64,000 nt of DNA from Bacteroidota bacterium. GTDB lineage: Bacteria; Bacteroidota; Bacteroidia; JABEUT01. Shown here in pieces: positions 8,719 to 18,124 of the stretch (position 1 is its first letter; each line of letters opens with the position of its first letter). The notes under the pieces are model-generated. The model did no database searches. It saw nothing but the letters and a program-made list of their open reading frames with translations, and was not told the origin of the DNA. The position numbers were made by a program, and so were the translations under genes. The DNA lies in NCBI GenBank assembly GCA_013285655.1, contig JABDHI010000001.1, forward strand, positions 21,124 through 85,123, given 5' to 3'.

Positions 8719-10863
8719 ATGAGCATTTTAGAAACTATCCGTCGCAGACTTAATGTATTTATAGTAGTTATAATAGGCGGCGCCTTGCTTGTTTTCATTT
8801 TAGAAGACGCATTAACCTCCGGTAAATTTTTCTTTGGCGGCGACGAGAATGTTGTTGCAAGTGCAGGTGGCCAAAAGCTGCAATACAAGGACCTGAATAA
8901 CAAGATTGAAGAAGTGGAAGCCATTCAGAAAATGACCAGGCAAACCAATACCCTCGATAACGAAACCACAACCCAAATACAACAATCGGTTTACCAGGAA
9001 ATGGCATCCGACTTAATTGTTGGGCCACAACTTAAAAAATTAGGCTTAAGCATTACCGATGATGAATTGACTGACCTTATGCTTGGCGAACATTTAGCGC
9101 CTGAAGTTATACGCCACTACTTAACTGACCCACGTACCGGCAGGCTTTACGACCAGGTTGTTGACCCACGCACAGGCGGTGTGAACAGAGCTGTATGGGT
9201 GAACTTTGTTAAGAATATGAAGGATGAGCAAGAGTATGACTACAGACTTACTGAAGAAGAAGTTAAGGTAAATACCCTGCAACAAAAATATATAGCGCTT
9301 GTTAAAAGTGGTATGTTCTATACCGATGCTCAGGCTAAGGAAGAAATGACCGAACAGAACAAGTATTACAATATTAGCTACGTATTAAAGAGATATAGCA
9401 CCGTACCTGATAATACCATAACGGTTGCTGACCAGGATATACAGAACTATTACAACGGACACCTGTATGAGTATAACCAGGCAGAAGAAACCCGTAAGAT
9501 AGACTACGTTGGCTTTTTAGCTACCCCTACCGAGAAGGATATGGCTGACCTAGAAAACCAAGCGGATACCATTGCACGTACTATTAAAACATTAAAACCT
9601 TCTGAAGATTCTGCATACATTACTGCTGAATCTGATGATCACTTACTAGACCCTAACTATCACAAGAAAGGCACCATGTCTCCAACCATTGATTCAGTTA
9701 TGGATCATGCGGAAGTTGGATATGTTTATGGTCCTTACCATGAGATGAACAAGATTAAAGTTGCTAAGCTTTTAGATGTAGCTAACCTTTCTGACTCAGT
9801 AAAGGTGAGCCATATACTTATTGCTCCTGCAGATCCTGCAAAAGAAGCAACCTGGGCTGATGCTAAAAAAAGAGCAGACAGTATTAAAGGAATTGTAACA
9901 AGAGAAAACTTTGCTGATATGGCTAAGAAATTCTCTATGGACCCAGGCTCTAAAGACAAGGGTGGAGATGTGGGATGGTTTAAACAAGATGCCCAAATGG
10001 TTCCTGAGTTTGTACATGCCGGTTTCTTTAATAACAAAGGAGATATTGTAGTTGTAAAGAGCCAGTTTGGTTACCATATTATATATGTAGTTGACCAGAG
10101 CGAAAAATTCAAATTTATGCACGTGGGTTATGTTGTTAAAAACATTGCGCCAAGTGTAGAAACACTGAACGGAGTATTCTCACAAGCTAGTTCGTTTGCC
10201 GGTAAAAACAGCACATCTGATGCATTTGAAGCTGCTGCCGACAAAATGAACAAGCGTGTAGCTGATGTTAAAGAAAATGATGCATCAGTTTCGGGCCTTA
10301 CTTCAGCTAAAGATCTTGTACGTTGGACATACACAGCCAAGGTTGGCGACATGTCTTCGGTATTTGATGTAGGTAATTTCCGTTACGTAGTAGCTCATTT
10401 AGTTCAAATAACTCCTAAGGGAACTTCTCCGCTTGATGTTGTTAAAGATCAGGTTAGAGAAAAAGCTATGCAACAAAAGAAAGCCGAAAAACTTATTGCC
10501 GATATGAAAGCTGCTATGCCAGGTGCAACCAATGTTGCAGCATTGGGCCAAAAGCTTAACACACCTGCAGCTACCCAACAACGCCTTTCGTTCAGTATGT
10601 ATAGCATACCGGGCCTAGGTAAAGAAGATGCTTTATTAGGTACTATGACTGCATTGAAACCAAATACACTTTCGCAACCAATACAAGGTGAACTTGGTGT
10701 ATATGTAATACAAGTAGATTCGTCTTACACCAATGGTGCAGGCGACTTTAGAATGGTGCAACAACAACAAATGCAGGCTATGCAAAACAGGGCACAATAC
10801 GATTTGTATGATGCTTTGCAAAAGAAGTCGGGCTATGTTAGCCATTACGGAAGGTTCTACTAG
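8719..10863 (+). CDS. Periplasmic chaperone / parvulin PPIase (PpiD/SurA-like)
   Basis: N-terminal TM anchor, SurA-like N domain, rotamase VKVSHILI...FADMAKKFSMDPGSKDKGGDVGWF. Confidence 0.9.
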   Translation: MSILETIRRRLNVFIVVIIGGALLVFILEDALTSGKFFFGGDENVVASAGGQKLQYKDLNNKIEEVEAIQKMTRQTNTLDNETTTQIQQSVYQEMASDLIVGPQLKKLGLSITDDELTDLMLGEHLAPEVIRHYLTDPRTGRLYDQVVDPRTGGVNRAVWVNFVKNMKDEQEYDYRLTEEEVKVNTLQQKYIALVKSGMFYTDAQAKEEMTEQNKYYNISYVLKRYSTVPDNTITVADQDIQNYYNGHLYEYNQAEETRKIDYVGFLATPTEKDMADLENQADTIARTIKTLKPSEDSAYITAESDDHLLDPNYHKKGTMSPTIDSVMDHAEVGYVYGPYHEMNKIKVAKLLDVANLSDSVKVSHILIAPADPAKEATWADAKKRADSIKGIVTRENFADMAKKFSMDPGSKDKGGDVGWFKQDAQMVPEFVHAGFFNNKGDIVVVKSQFGYHIIYVVDQSEKFKFMHVGYVVKNIAPSVETLNGVFSQASSFAGKNSTSDAFEAAADKMNKRVADVKENDASVSGLTSAKDLVRWTYTAKVGDMSSVFDVGNFRYVVAHLVQITPKGTSPLDVVKDQVREKAMQQKKAEKLIADMKAAMPGATNVAALGQKLNTPAATQQRLSFSMYSIPGLGKEDALLGTMTALKPNTLSQPIQGELGVYVIQVDSSYTNGAGDFRMVQQQQMQAMQNRAQYDLYDALQKKSGYVSHYGRFY

Positions 10864-11036
10864 GAACTTAACTGCTGAATTTTAAATAGGAGTGTTGAAT
10901 GAAAAGACTACACTCCCTTGTTAAAACTGCATAAAAAAGTGTATCTTAGATTTTCGTTTTATTGCCCGAATGAGCAGGATCGTTTTTTCCATATCATTCA
11001 ACATTTAAAATTTCAATATTAAATATTAGTCTTATT

Positions 11037-11675
11037 ATGCATTATAACACATCACGTTCAAAGCTTATTATACCCGAGTACGGAAGAAACGTTCAGCAAA
11101 TGGCATTACATATTGTTGATATTGCCGACCGTAAAGAAAGGAACAAAGCGGCACAAACCGTTATTCAAACCATGACCCAGGTACACCCTTATGCAAAGGA
11201 TAGCGAAGAGCTCCGCCGTAAGCTATGGGATCACTTATACATTATTACCGACTACAAATTAGATGTTGATGGCCCCTACCCTAAGCCGTCACCCGAATTG
11301 TTAGAATCGAAGCCTAAAACCATGGGTTACCCTTCATCTAAAATAAGGTTTAAGCACTACGGTAAAATAGCTGAAGGCCTTATTAAAAAAGCAAAGGAAT
11401 ATACTGATGGGCCTGAAAGAGATGCATTGGTAGAATCTATTGCCGGGCTTATGAAGAAATCGTATATGACCTGGAACCAAAGCTCGATAAACGACAATAT
11501 AATTATTAACGATATTGGTGAATTATCTGGTGGAAAACTTACCCTAAAGGACACCACAAAGCTAAGTGCTATACAAGTATCTTTGGCTCCGAAACCGCTC
11601 AACAATTTTTCGAGGAACAACAAGAACAAGAAAAAAGGAAACAAAAAAAAGAAATACAGAAATGGGGGCTTTTGA
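11037..11675 (+). CDS. DUF4290 domain protein
   Basis: YNTSRSKLIIPEYGRNVQ...KLWDHL; typical position upstream of murA in Bacteroidota. Confidence 0.9.
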   Translation: MHYNTSRSKLIIPEYGRNVQQMALHIVDIADRKERNKAAQTVIQTMTQVHPYAKDSEELRRKLWDHLYIITDYKLDVDGPYPKPSPELLESKPKTMGYPSSKIRFKHYGKIAEGLIKKAKEYTDGPERDALVESIAGLMKKSYMTWNQSSINDNIIINDIGELSGGKLTLKDTTKLSAIQVSLAPKPLNNFSRNNKNKKKGNKKKKYRNGGF

Positions 11676-12969
11676 GATAACTGGCGGAAAACGCCTAGGC
11701 GGGGAATTGATTCCACAAGGTGCTAAAAACGAAGCACTGCAAATTGTCTCCGCAACTCTCTTAACTGCCGACAAGGTAGTTGTCCACAATGTTCCCGATA
11801 TACTTGACGTTAATAACCTGATAAGCCTTCTCAAAGACCTGGGCGTAAAGGTTGAAAAACTTTCTACCGAAAGTTATTCCTTCCAGGCCGATAATATAGA
11901 TCTTAAGGTTTTAGCATCTCCCGATTTTCAAAAAAAGAGTTCGAGCTTACGTGGTTCCATTATGATGGTAGGCCCCTTGCTTGCGCGCTATGGCAAGGCA
12001 TATATTGCTCGCCCGGGGGGAGATAAAATTGGCCGCCGCCGTTTAGATACGCACTTTATTGGCTTTGAAAGACTGGGTGCTAAATTCGGTTACGAAGAAG
12101 AAACCAACTTGTATAAAGTACACGCCGAAAAGAAATTAAAGGGCTGCTATATGCTGCTTGATGAAGCATCGGTAACAGGTACTGCCAACATTATTATGGC
12201 TGCTATGTTTGCCGAAGGCACCACAACAATATATAACGCTGCCTGCGAGCCATACATACAACAACTGTGCCGTATGCTTAACAGCATGGGTGCAAAAATT
12301 ACCGGTGTAGGTTCTAACTTATTGAATATTGAAGGTGTTGCCTCACTAAAGGGTTGCACACACACCATATTACCCGATATGATTGAAATTGGCAGCTTTA
12401 TTGGACTTGCTGCTATGACTAAATCAGAAATAACGATCAAGAATGTCGGCTACGAACACCTAGGAGTAATTCCATCTGTGTTTCAACGCCTGGGCATTCA
12501 AATGGAAAAACGGGGTGATGATATTTACGTGCCCTCACAAGAGCATTATGAGATAGATACCTTTATGGATGGTTCAATATTAACCATTGCCGATGCTATT
12601 TGGCCGGGGTTAACGCCTGACTTATTAAGCGTAATATTGGTTGTAGCTACACAAGCCAAAGGAAGTGTACTCATTCACCAAAAGATGTTTGAGAGCCGTC
12701 TGTTCTTTGTCGATAAACTGATTGACATGGGCGCACAAATTATACTTTGCGATCCTCACCGTGCAACAGTAATAGGTATGAACCATGAGCATTCGTTAAA
12801 AGGTATATCTATGACATCGCCCGATATACGTGCCGGTGTAGCCCTGCTTATTGCCGCATTATCCGCTCAGGGCAAAAGCACCATACATAATATTGAACAG
12901 ATAGACCGTGGTTACCAGAATATTGAGCAACGTTTGCGTAGTATTGGTGCCGAAATTGTAAGAAAATAG
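11662..12969 (+). CDS. murA: UDP-N-acetylglucosamine 1-carboxyvinyltransferase (Cys-to-Asp type)
   Basis: GAKNEAL, PGGDKIGRRRLDTH, SVTGTAN, SPDIRAG, IDRGY; start moved from ORF-track 11566 to ATG 11662 (MGAFEITGG). Confidence 0.95.
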   Translation: MGAFEITGGKRLGGELIPQGAKNEALQIVSATLLTADKVVVHNVPDILDVNNLISLLKDLGVKVEKLSTESYSFQADNIDLKVLASPDFQKKSSSLRGSIMMVGPLLARYGKAYIARPGGDKIGRRRLDTHFIGFERLGAKFGYEEETNLYKVHAEKKLKGCYMLLDEASVTGTANIIMAAMFAEGTTTIYNAACEPYIQQLCRMLNSMGAKITGVGSNLLNIEGVASLKGCTHTILPDMIEIGSFIGLAAMTKSEITIKNVGYEHLGVIPSVFQRLGIQMEKRGDDIYVPSQEHYEIDTFMDGSILTIADAIWPGLTPDLLSVILVVATQAKGSVLIHQKMFESRLFFVDKLIDMGAQIILCDPHRATVIGMNHEHSLKGISMTSPDIRAGVALLIAALSAQGKSTIHNIEQIDRGYQNIEQRLRSIGAEIVRK

Positions 12970-12996
12970 CTATATTTGTTATATATAAATCAGACT

Positions 12997-13548
12997 ATGA
13001 AACGTTTCAATATAATATTAGCCCTTGCAGCAGTAGCCTTTGCAATTGTTGCATTTACAACTAAAAACACTGAACAAGCACAACCTAAGGGTAATGCTGT
13101 AGGCTTAGAAATTGGCAACCTTGCCCCTGACCTTAAGCTTAGCGACCCTAATGGCAAAGTAATTGATCTTTATTCATTACGTGGCAGTGTGGTGCTGGTA
13201 GATTTCTGGGCATCGTGGTGCGGCCCTTGCCGTGGCGAAAACCCTAATGTAGTTGCTACTTACAACAAATACCATAGTGCTAAATTTAAAGCCGCTAAGG
13301 GTTTTAAAATTTACAGTGTATCGTTAGATAGGGACCATGACCCTTGGATTGGTGCTATTAAGCATGACGGACTTATTTGGCCTGATCATGTTAGCGATTT
13401 AAAGGGATGGCAGTCATCTGCTGCTGCTGCGTATGGTGTAAGCTCCATACCTACTAACTTTTTGCTTAATGCCGATGGCGTTATTATAGCTAAGGGTTTA
13501 CGTGGCGAAGACCTCGCTAACGAGCTTGAGAAGCTTACTACTAAGTAA
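12997..13548 (+). CDS. TlpA/ResA-like thiol-disulfide oxidoreductase, exported
   Basis: DFWASWCGPCR, signal peptide; start 12997 supported by TATATTTG at 12971-12978. Confidence 0.92.
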   Translation: MKRFNIILALAAVAFAIVAFTTKNTEQAQPKGNAVGLEIGNLAPDLKLSDPNGKVIDLYSLRGSVVLVDFWASWCGPCRGENPNVVATYNKYHSAKFKAAKGFKIYSVSLDRDHDPWIGAIKHDGLIWPDHVSDLKGWQSSAAAAYGVSSIPTNFLLNADGVIIAKGLRGEDLANELEKLTTK

Positions 13549-13570
13549 TTTAATCTCTTTCTTTTTTCTT

Positions 13571-13658
13571 TGGGCGTTCCCCTCGTTCCTCGGGTCGGGC
13601 TATACGCTTCAAGTCCTCGCTACGCTCCCGGCTTTCCGCTACTATCCCTAACGCAAAC
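13571..13658 (+). ncRNA. Structured dispersed repeat, Flavo-1-RNA-like (copy 1)
   Basis: 76/88 ungapped identity to reverse complement of 59833-59920; Flavo-1 label from memory of the motif, not from a search. Confidence 0.5.
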
Positions 13659-13891
13659 TACCGTTGCACAAAAGTCTCGGCACGTAAGGTGAAGAGTTTA
13701 GACGACAGGATACGACACATAGATGCAAAGGATTATTCGTAACTTGCTCATATTATAATGAACTCATGCAGGCTTCACCGGTGTGCTAAATCCACGCAAA
13801 TATTATGTTAGTATGGAGATTGCTTCGTTCCTCCCAATAACGAACTACTTTTCGATTCGTAATCCGTAATTTTTAATTCGTAATTGAAGGG

Positions 13892-15034
13892 CTACGCAGT
13901 AAGAACCCCACGCGAGATAACGATCTTCTGTACCTCGGTAGTACCCTCGTAAATCTGGGTGATCTTAGCATCGCGCATTAAACGCTCAACGTGATACTCC
14001 TTTACATAACCGTAACCACCATGTATTTGAACAGCCTCGGTAGTAGTATCCATAGCCACCTTCGATGCGAATACCTTAGCCATTGCTCCGGCTTGGGTAT
14101 AATCAAGGTGTTGGTCTTTTAACCACGCTGCTTTTAAGCAAAGCAAACGAGCTGCATCAATTTGAGTTGCCATATCGGCGAGCTTAAACTGAATTGCCTG
14201 GTGTTGGCTAATAGGCACACCAAATGCTTTTCTTTCCTTTGAGTATGCAAGCGCTAATTCATAAGCGCCCGAAGCAATACCCAAGGCTTGTGATGCAATG
14301 CCGATACGTCCGCCCGAAAGGGTTTTCATAGCGAATTTAAACCCGAATCCATCTTCGCCGATACGGTTTTCTGCAGGCACTTCTACATCAGTAAACATGA
14401 TGGAGTGTGTATCAGAACCACGTATGCCAAGTTTATTTTCTTTTTTACCAACCACAACACCCTTCGAATTCTTTTCAACTATAAAAGCATTGATGCCTTT
14501 ATGTTTCTTATCAGGGTAGCTTTGTGCAATTACCAAATACACCGATGCGCTATTGCCATTGGTGATCCAGTTCTTGGTACCGTTTAAAATATATTTATCT
14601 CCTTTAGGAATAGCAGTTGTGTGTTGCGATGTAGCATCAGAACCTGCTTCAGGTTCTGACAACAAGAATGCTCCAATAATTTCACCTTTAGCAAGCGGCA
14701 CAAGGTATTTACGCTTTTGTTCTTCGGTGCCAAAGTTTTCAAGGCCCCAGCAAACTAATGAATTATTTACCGACATACACACCGATACAGATGCATCTAT
14801 CTTAGAAATTTCTTCCATTGCCAATACATACGATACGGTATCCATACCGCCACCGCCGTATTCGGGACTAACCATCATACCCATAAAACCAAGCTCGCCG
14901 AGTTTCTTTATTTCTTCTTTCGGAAATTTCTGCAGCTCATCGCGTTCAATTACACCAGCCTTAAGGGTTTCATTAGCAAAATCGCGAGCAGCTTTTTGTA
15001 TCATTAAGTGCTCTTCGGTCAGTTGGAAATTCAT
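13892..15034 (-). CDS. Acyl-CoA dehydrogenase (short/branched chain)
   Basis: FLLSEPEAGSD, KNWITNG, GGRIGIA, VQIHGGYGY, IYEGTTE. Confidence 0.95.
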   Translation of the reverse strand: MNFQLTEEHLMIQKAARDFANETLKAGVIERDELQKFPKEEIKKLGELGFMGMMVSPEYGGGGMDTVSYVLAMEEISKIDASVSVCMSVNNSLVCWGLENFGTEEQKRKYLVPLAKGEIIGAFLLSEPEAGSDATSQHTTAIPKGDKYILNGTKNWITNGNSASVYLVIAQSYPDKKHKGINAFIVEKNSKGVVVGKKENKLGIRGSDTHSIMFTDVEVPAENRIGEDGFGFKFAMKTLSGGRIGIASQALGIASGAYELALAYSKERKAFGVPISQHQAIQFKLADMATQIDAARLLCLKAAWLKDQHLDYTQAGAMAKVFASKVAMDTTTEAVQIHGGYGYVKEYHVERLMRDAKITQIYEGTTEVQKIVISRGVLTA

Positions 15035-15092
15035 AGCTATATTGGAATTTATATACCCGCAAATATAGCTTAATTAACAACTAAACAAAGAT

Positions 15093-15138
15093 GCCACAGA
15101 TACACAAATATTAAAATAATAATCTGTGAATCTGTGGC
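15093..15138. repeat. GCCACAGATT-family palindromic element
   Basis: gccacagatacaca...aatctgtgaatctgtggc; right arm identical to 56982-56999. Confidence 0.85.
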
Positions 15139-15162
15139 TATCTTCCCTGAATAAGCCCGCTT

Positions 15163-15318
15163 TTAAACCGGGTCCTTTCCTTGTATAAGCCTTAATAATA
15201 CGGCTATAATGGCTATAACAAGTAATATATGTATAAGTCCGCCGGCATGGTAACCAACGAAACCTATAAGCCAAAGTATTACCAGAATAACCGCTATTAA
15301 ATACAGTAAATTACTCAT
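15163..15318 (-). CDS. lmo0937-family small membrane protein (51 aa), absent from ORF track
   Basis: Manual translation MSNLLYLIAVILVILWLIGFVGYHAGGLIHILLVIAIIAVLLRLIQGKDPV*; the WxxGF...GLIHILLV pattern is the family signature as I recall it. Confidence 0.85.
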   Translation of the reverse strand: MSNLLYLIAVILVILWLIGFVGYHAGGLIHILLVIAIIAVLLRLIQGKDPV

Positions 15319-15515
15319 ATTGGTTTTTGTTTTTGGTTTGTAATTATAAAGGTAAAGCCCTATTACTCAACCACACACATACTTTCGGCGAACTTGGTTT
15401 TTACATGGGTAAAAACATACTATGGCAAGTTAGCTAAAGCGCGGGAATGGTTCAGCTCTCGCCTTTTTTCAGTATCTTTGCTAGGATACATAATTTATAC
15501 ATTCATTTACATACT

Positions 15516-16718
15516 TTGACTTTCCAGGACTTTAACTTTGAACCCGAGCTTACAGAAGGATTACTTTCAATGGGTTTTAAACTACCCACCCCCATACAAC
15601 AACAAGCTATACCCATAATATCAGCTAACCGCGACATTATAGCCTGTGCCCAAACGGGTACCGGTAAAACAGCTGCCTTTTTACTGCCTATTATCAACAA
15701 AATAATAAAGGAAAAAACCACCACGGTAGATACCCTTATAATTGTACCTACCCGCGAACTGGCTATACAAATTGATGAAGCCATACAGGGCTTTACCTAT
15801 TTTGCTTCGGTAAGCGCTTTGGCAATTTATGGTGGCAACGATGGTGCATCATATGAACAGGAGAAGAAAGCATTGATGCACGGTGCCAATATTATTATTG
15901 CTACACCCGGCAGGCTCATATCGCATTTAAATATGGGTTATGTAAAGTTCAACCATATTAAGCACCTTGTGCTCGATGAGGCTGACCGCATGCTCGATAT
16001 GGGCTTTAATGAGGACATTAGCAAGATAATTAGCTTTTTACCCAAGCAAAGACAAAGCCTTTTGTTTTCGGCTACTATGCCAAACAAAATACGCGACCTC
16101 GCAAAAAAAATATTACATGAACCTGACCAGATAAACATTGCTCTGTCGAAACCAGCAGTTGGTGTAACCCAAGGTGCTTATGTGGTTTACGATACCCAGA
16201 AGATAGGATTACTCCGTAGTATTTTAAAAGAAAAGAAAATTGAAAGCGTTTTAATATTCTCGGGCACCAAAGAAAAGGTGAAAGATATGGAACGCGAATT
16301 GCGCAAAGCAGGTATTAATGCTGCTGCCATACACTCGGATTTGGAACAGGAGAAACGCAATGAAGTATTGCGCGAGTATAAGAGTCGAAAGTTAAATGTA
16401 CTTGTTGCTACCGATATACTCTCTCGTGGTATTGATATAGACTCCATTGGATTGGTTATAAACTACGATGTACCCCGTGATGCGGAAGATTACATACACC
16501 GTATTGGAAGAACTGCCAGAGCAGAATCGAAAGGTGAAGCATTGACCTTTATAAACCCTGACGACCAGTATAAATTCAAGAAGATAGAAGACCTTATTGG
16601 CAGCGAAGTTCCAAAACTTCCTATTCCTGCAGAATTAGGTGCAGGGCCCGACTACGCACCTGAATCATACAGAAAGAACTTTGGCCATAAGTTTTCAGGA
16701 GCTAAAAAGAGAAAGTAA
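15516..16718 (+). CDS. DEAD-box RNA helicase (RhlE-like)
   Basis: AQTGTGKT, PTRELA, DEAD, SAT, HRIGRTAR; TTG start at 15516 chosen because TATCTTTG at 15473-15480 lies downstream of ORF-track start 15447. Confidence 0.95.
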   Translation: MTFQDFNFEPELTEGLLSMGFKLPTPIQQQAIPIISANRDIIACAQTGTGKTAAFLLPIINKIIKEKTTTVDTLIIVPTRELAIQIDEAIQGFTYFASVSALAIYGGNDGASYEQEKKALMHGANIIIATPGRLISHLNMGYVKFNHIKHLVLDEADRMLDMGFNEDISKIISFLPKQRQSLLFSATMPNKIRDLAKKILHEPDQINIALSKPAVGVTQGAYVVYDTQKIGLLRSILKEKKIESVLIFSGTKEKVKDMERELRKAGINAAAIHSDLEQEKRNEVLREYKSRKLNVLVATDILSRGIDIDSIGLVINYDVPRDAEDYIHRIGRTARAESKGEALTFINPDDQYKFKKIEDLIGSEVPKLPIPAELGAGPDYAPESYRKNFGHKFSGAKKRK

Positions 16719-16723
16719 GCTTT

Positions 16724-17599
16724 TTAATACGTCTGCGCGTCGTTATGGTTCTGGGCCTCGTTGTAAAGATTTTTTTTCATCTCATCAATCAGATCCATCT
16801 TGCGCTTGTTGAGTAATATTTTTTCAATATTCTCTTTTTCGAATGATAGTGGAGACAAACTGTTCTTTATCATATAGCCTTTAATACTCACGCAATAAAT
16901 ACTGGCAGTATCTTCAATCTGCACAAAGTGGTTATTATTATTTTGCAAAAACAGATCCTGGTTATAAGTTTGAATAGGTATTTCTTTTAATACATCATCA
17001 AACATCAGCCAGGCGTTATCATTCAAAAAAAAGTTTTGTCCGTATTGGTAGCAGTATTTCGAAAGCTTATCGCGATCTTTTGCGTTATCGGACATCATAA
17101 GGCTCTTCAGCTTATCAACGCCGGGTGATTTTTTACCCACCTTCACGTAAATGATCTTTACAATATCATTCTTCAGCTGAAAATCCTTCTTGTTATCGTC
17201 GTAATACTTTTGAATTTCAGCTTCGCTTACGTTCGTATCAAGCTTTTCCCTTACCAGTTCCTTTTCGTAGGAATAAATAATAAGCGAATTCTTATAGTCC
17301 TCTATCTGTTTCGAAAGGTCCATTTCCTGCTGATTGAGGTTATTGGCAGCCTGGTGCAACAATACTTGTTGTTCCATCCAATGCTGAATGAAGTCTTTAA
17401 CTATCGCAACGCTATCAACTGGTTTAGCTTCTTTAGGAACAAGGCCTTTAATATCGTTGGGATATAAATAAACCTCGTATACCCTTGCAATTGGTTTTTC
17501 TTTAGGCTCTTGCTTTTTTTGAATAAGACTGCATGAGGATAAAAGCAACGCAAATATTGCCCATACAAATAAGTTGTTGAATTTACTAACTACACCCAC
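16724..17599 (-). CDS. Conserved lipoprotein, PPIase/SurA-associated type
   Basis: Lipobox LLLSSC, ARVYEVYLY, EIQKYYDDNKKDF helical chaperone-like region. Confidence 0.7.
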   Translation of the reverse strand: MGVVSKFNNLFVWAIFALLLSSCSLIQKKQEPKEKPIARVYEVYLYPNDIKGLVPKEAKPVDSVAIVKDFIQHWMEQQVLLHQAANNLNQQEMDLSKQIEDYKNSLIIYSYEKELVREKLDTNVSEAEIQKYYDDNKKDFQLKNDIVKIIYVKVGKKSPGVDKLKSLMMSDNAKDRDKLSKYCYQYGQNFFLNDNAWLMFDDVLKEIPIQTYNQDLFLQNNNNHFVQIEDTASIYCVSIKGYMIKNSLSPLSFEKENIEKILLNKRKMDLIDEMKKNLYNEAQNHNDAQTY

Positions 17600-18090
17600 C
17601 TGCTTAATAAATCAACTAAATCGAGCAATAAAGCTGCCTTAGGAGTATTTGCCTGCGCCGCATAACCAGCCTGTACTTTATTAATAAGTTGTGTTGCCAG
17701 TTGCGGGCTTACTTCTCCGGTTATTTGTTCTATAACGGTAAGGGCTTCCATAGTAACCTCGAAGTCTTCATTAATGGCCACTTCGGTAAAGAATGGCAGA
17801 AAGGGAGTACAATCAATATTCGATTCCCAGCAAGCTGCCACAAGTGTCTTTTTATCTCCGGTAGCTTCTACAATAGCACGCATAAGCAATTCTACGGCCT
17901 TAGGTTCTTTCTTTAAAAACGCATACACTTCTTGCCTTGATGATTTATAGCGGGTATCGCACAAAAGCTCTACCAACGCTTCTACATGGTCTTTATTGGC
18001 CTTCTCTTCATCGGCCTTGCTTATATAAACAGTATTAAAAAACTTCTTATCTATAAGTTTATCAACCAGCAATTCTCTTTTTATAGCCAT
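17590..18090 (-). CDS. Hypothetical alpha-helical protein
   Basis: 166-aa ORF translationally coupled to the downstream gene. Confidence 0.75.
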   Translation of the reverse strand: MAIKRELLVDKLIDKKFFNTVYISKADEEKANKDHVEALVELLCDTRYKSSRQEVYAFLKKEPKAVELLMRAIVEATGDKKTLVAACWESNIDCTPFLPFFTEVAINEDFEVTMEALTVIEQITGEVSPQLATQLINKVQAGYAAQANTPKAALLLDLVDLLSRWV

Positions 18091-18124
18091 TTTTTAATTG
18101 GTTAGTATCATACAAAGTTACAGA

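Noticed and set aside
11566-11661. N-terminal extension of MurA
   Set aside because: Overlaps the DUF4290 3' end in another frame; the MurA fold begins at 11662.
15074-15274. 66-aa ORF in track
   Set aside because: Wrong frame of the lmo0937-type gene; its tail is repeat sequence.
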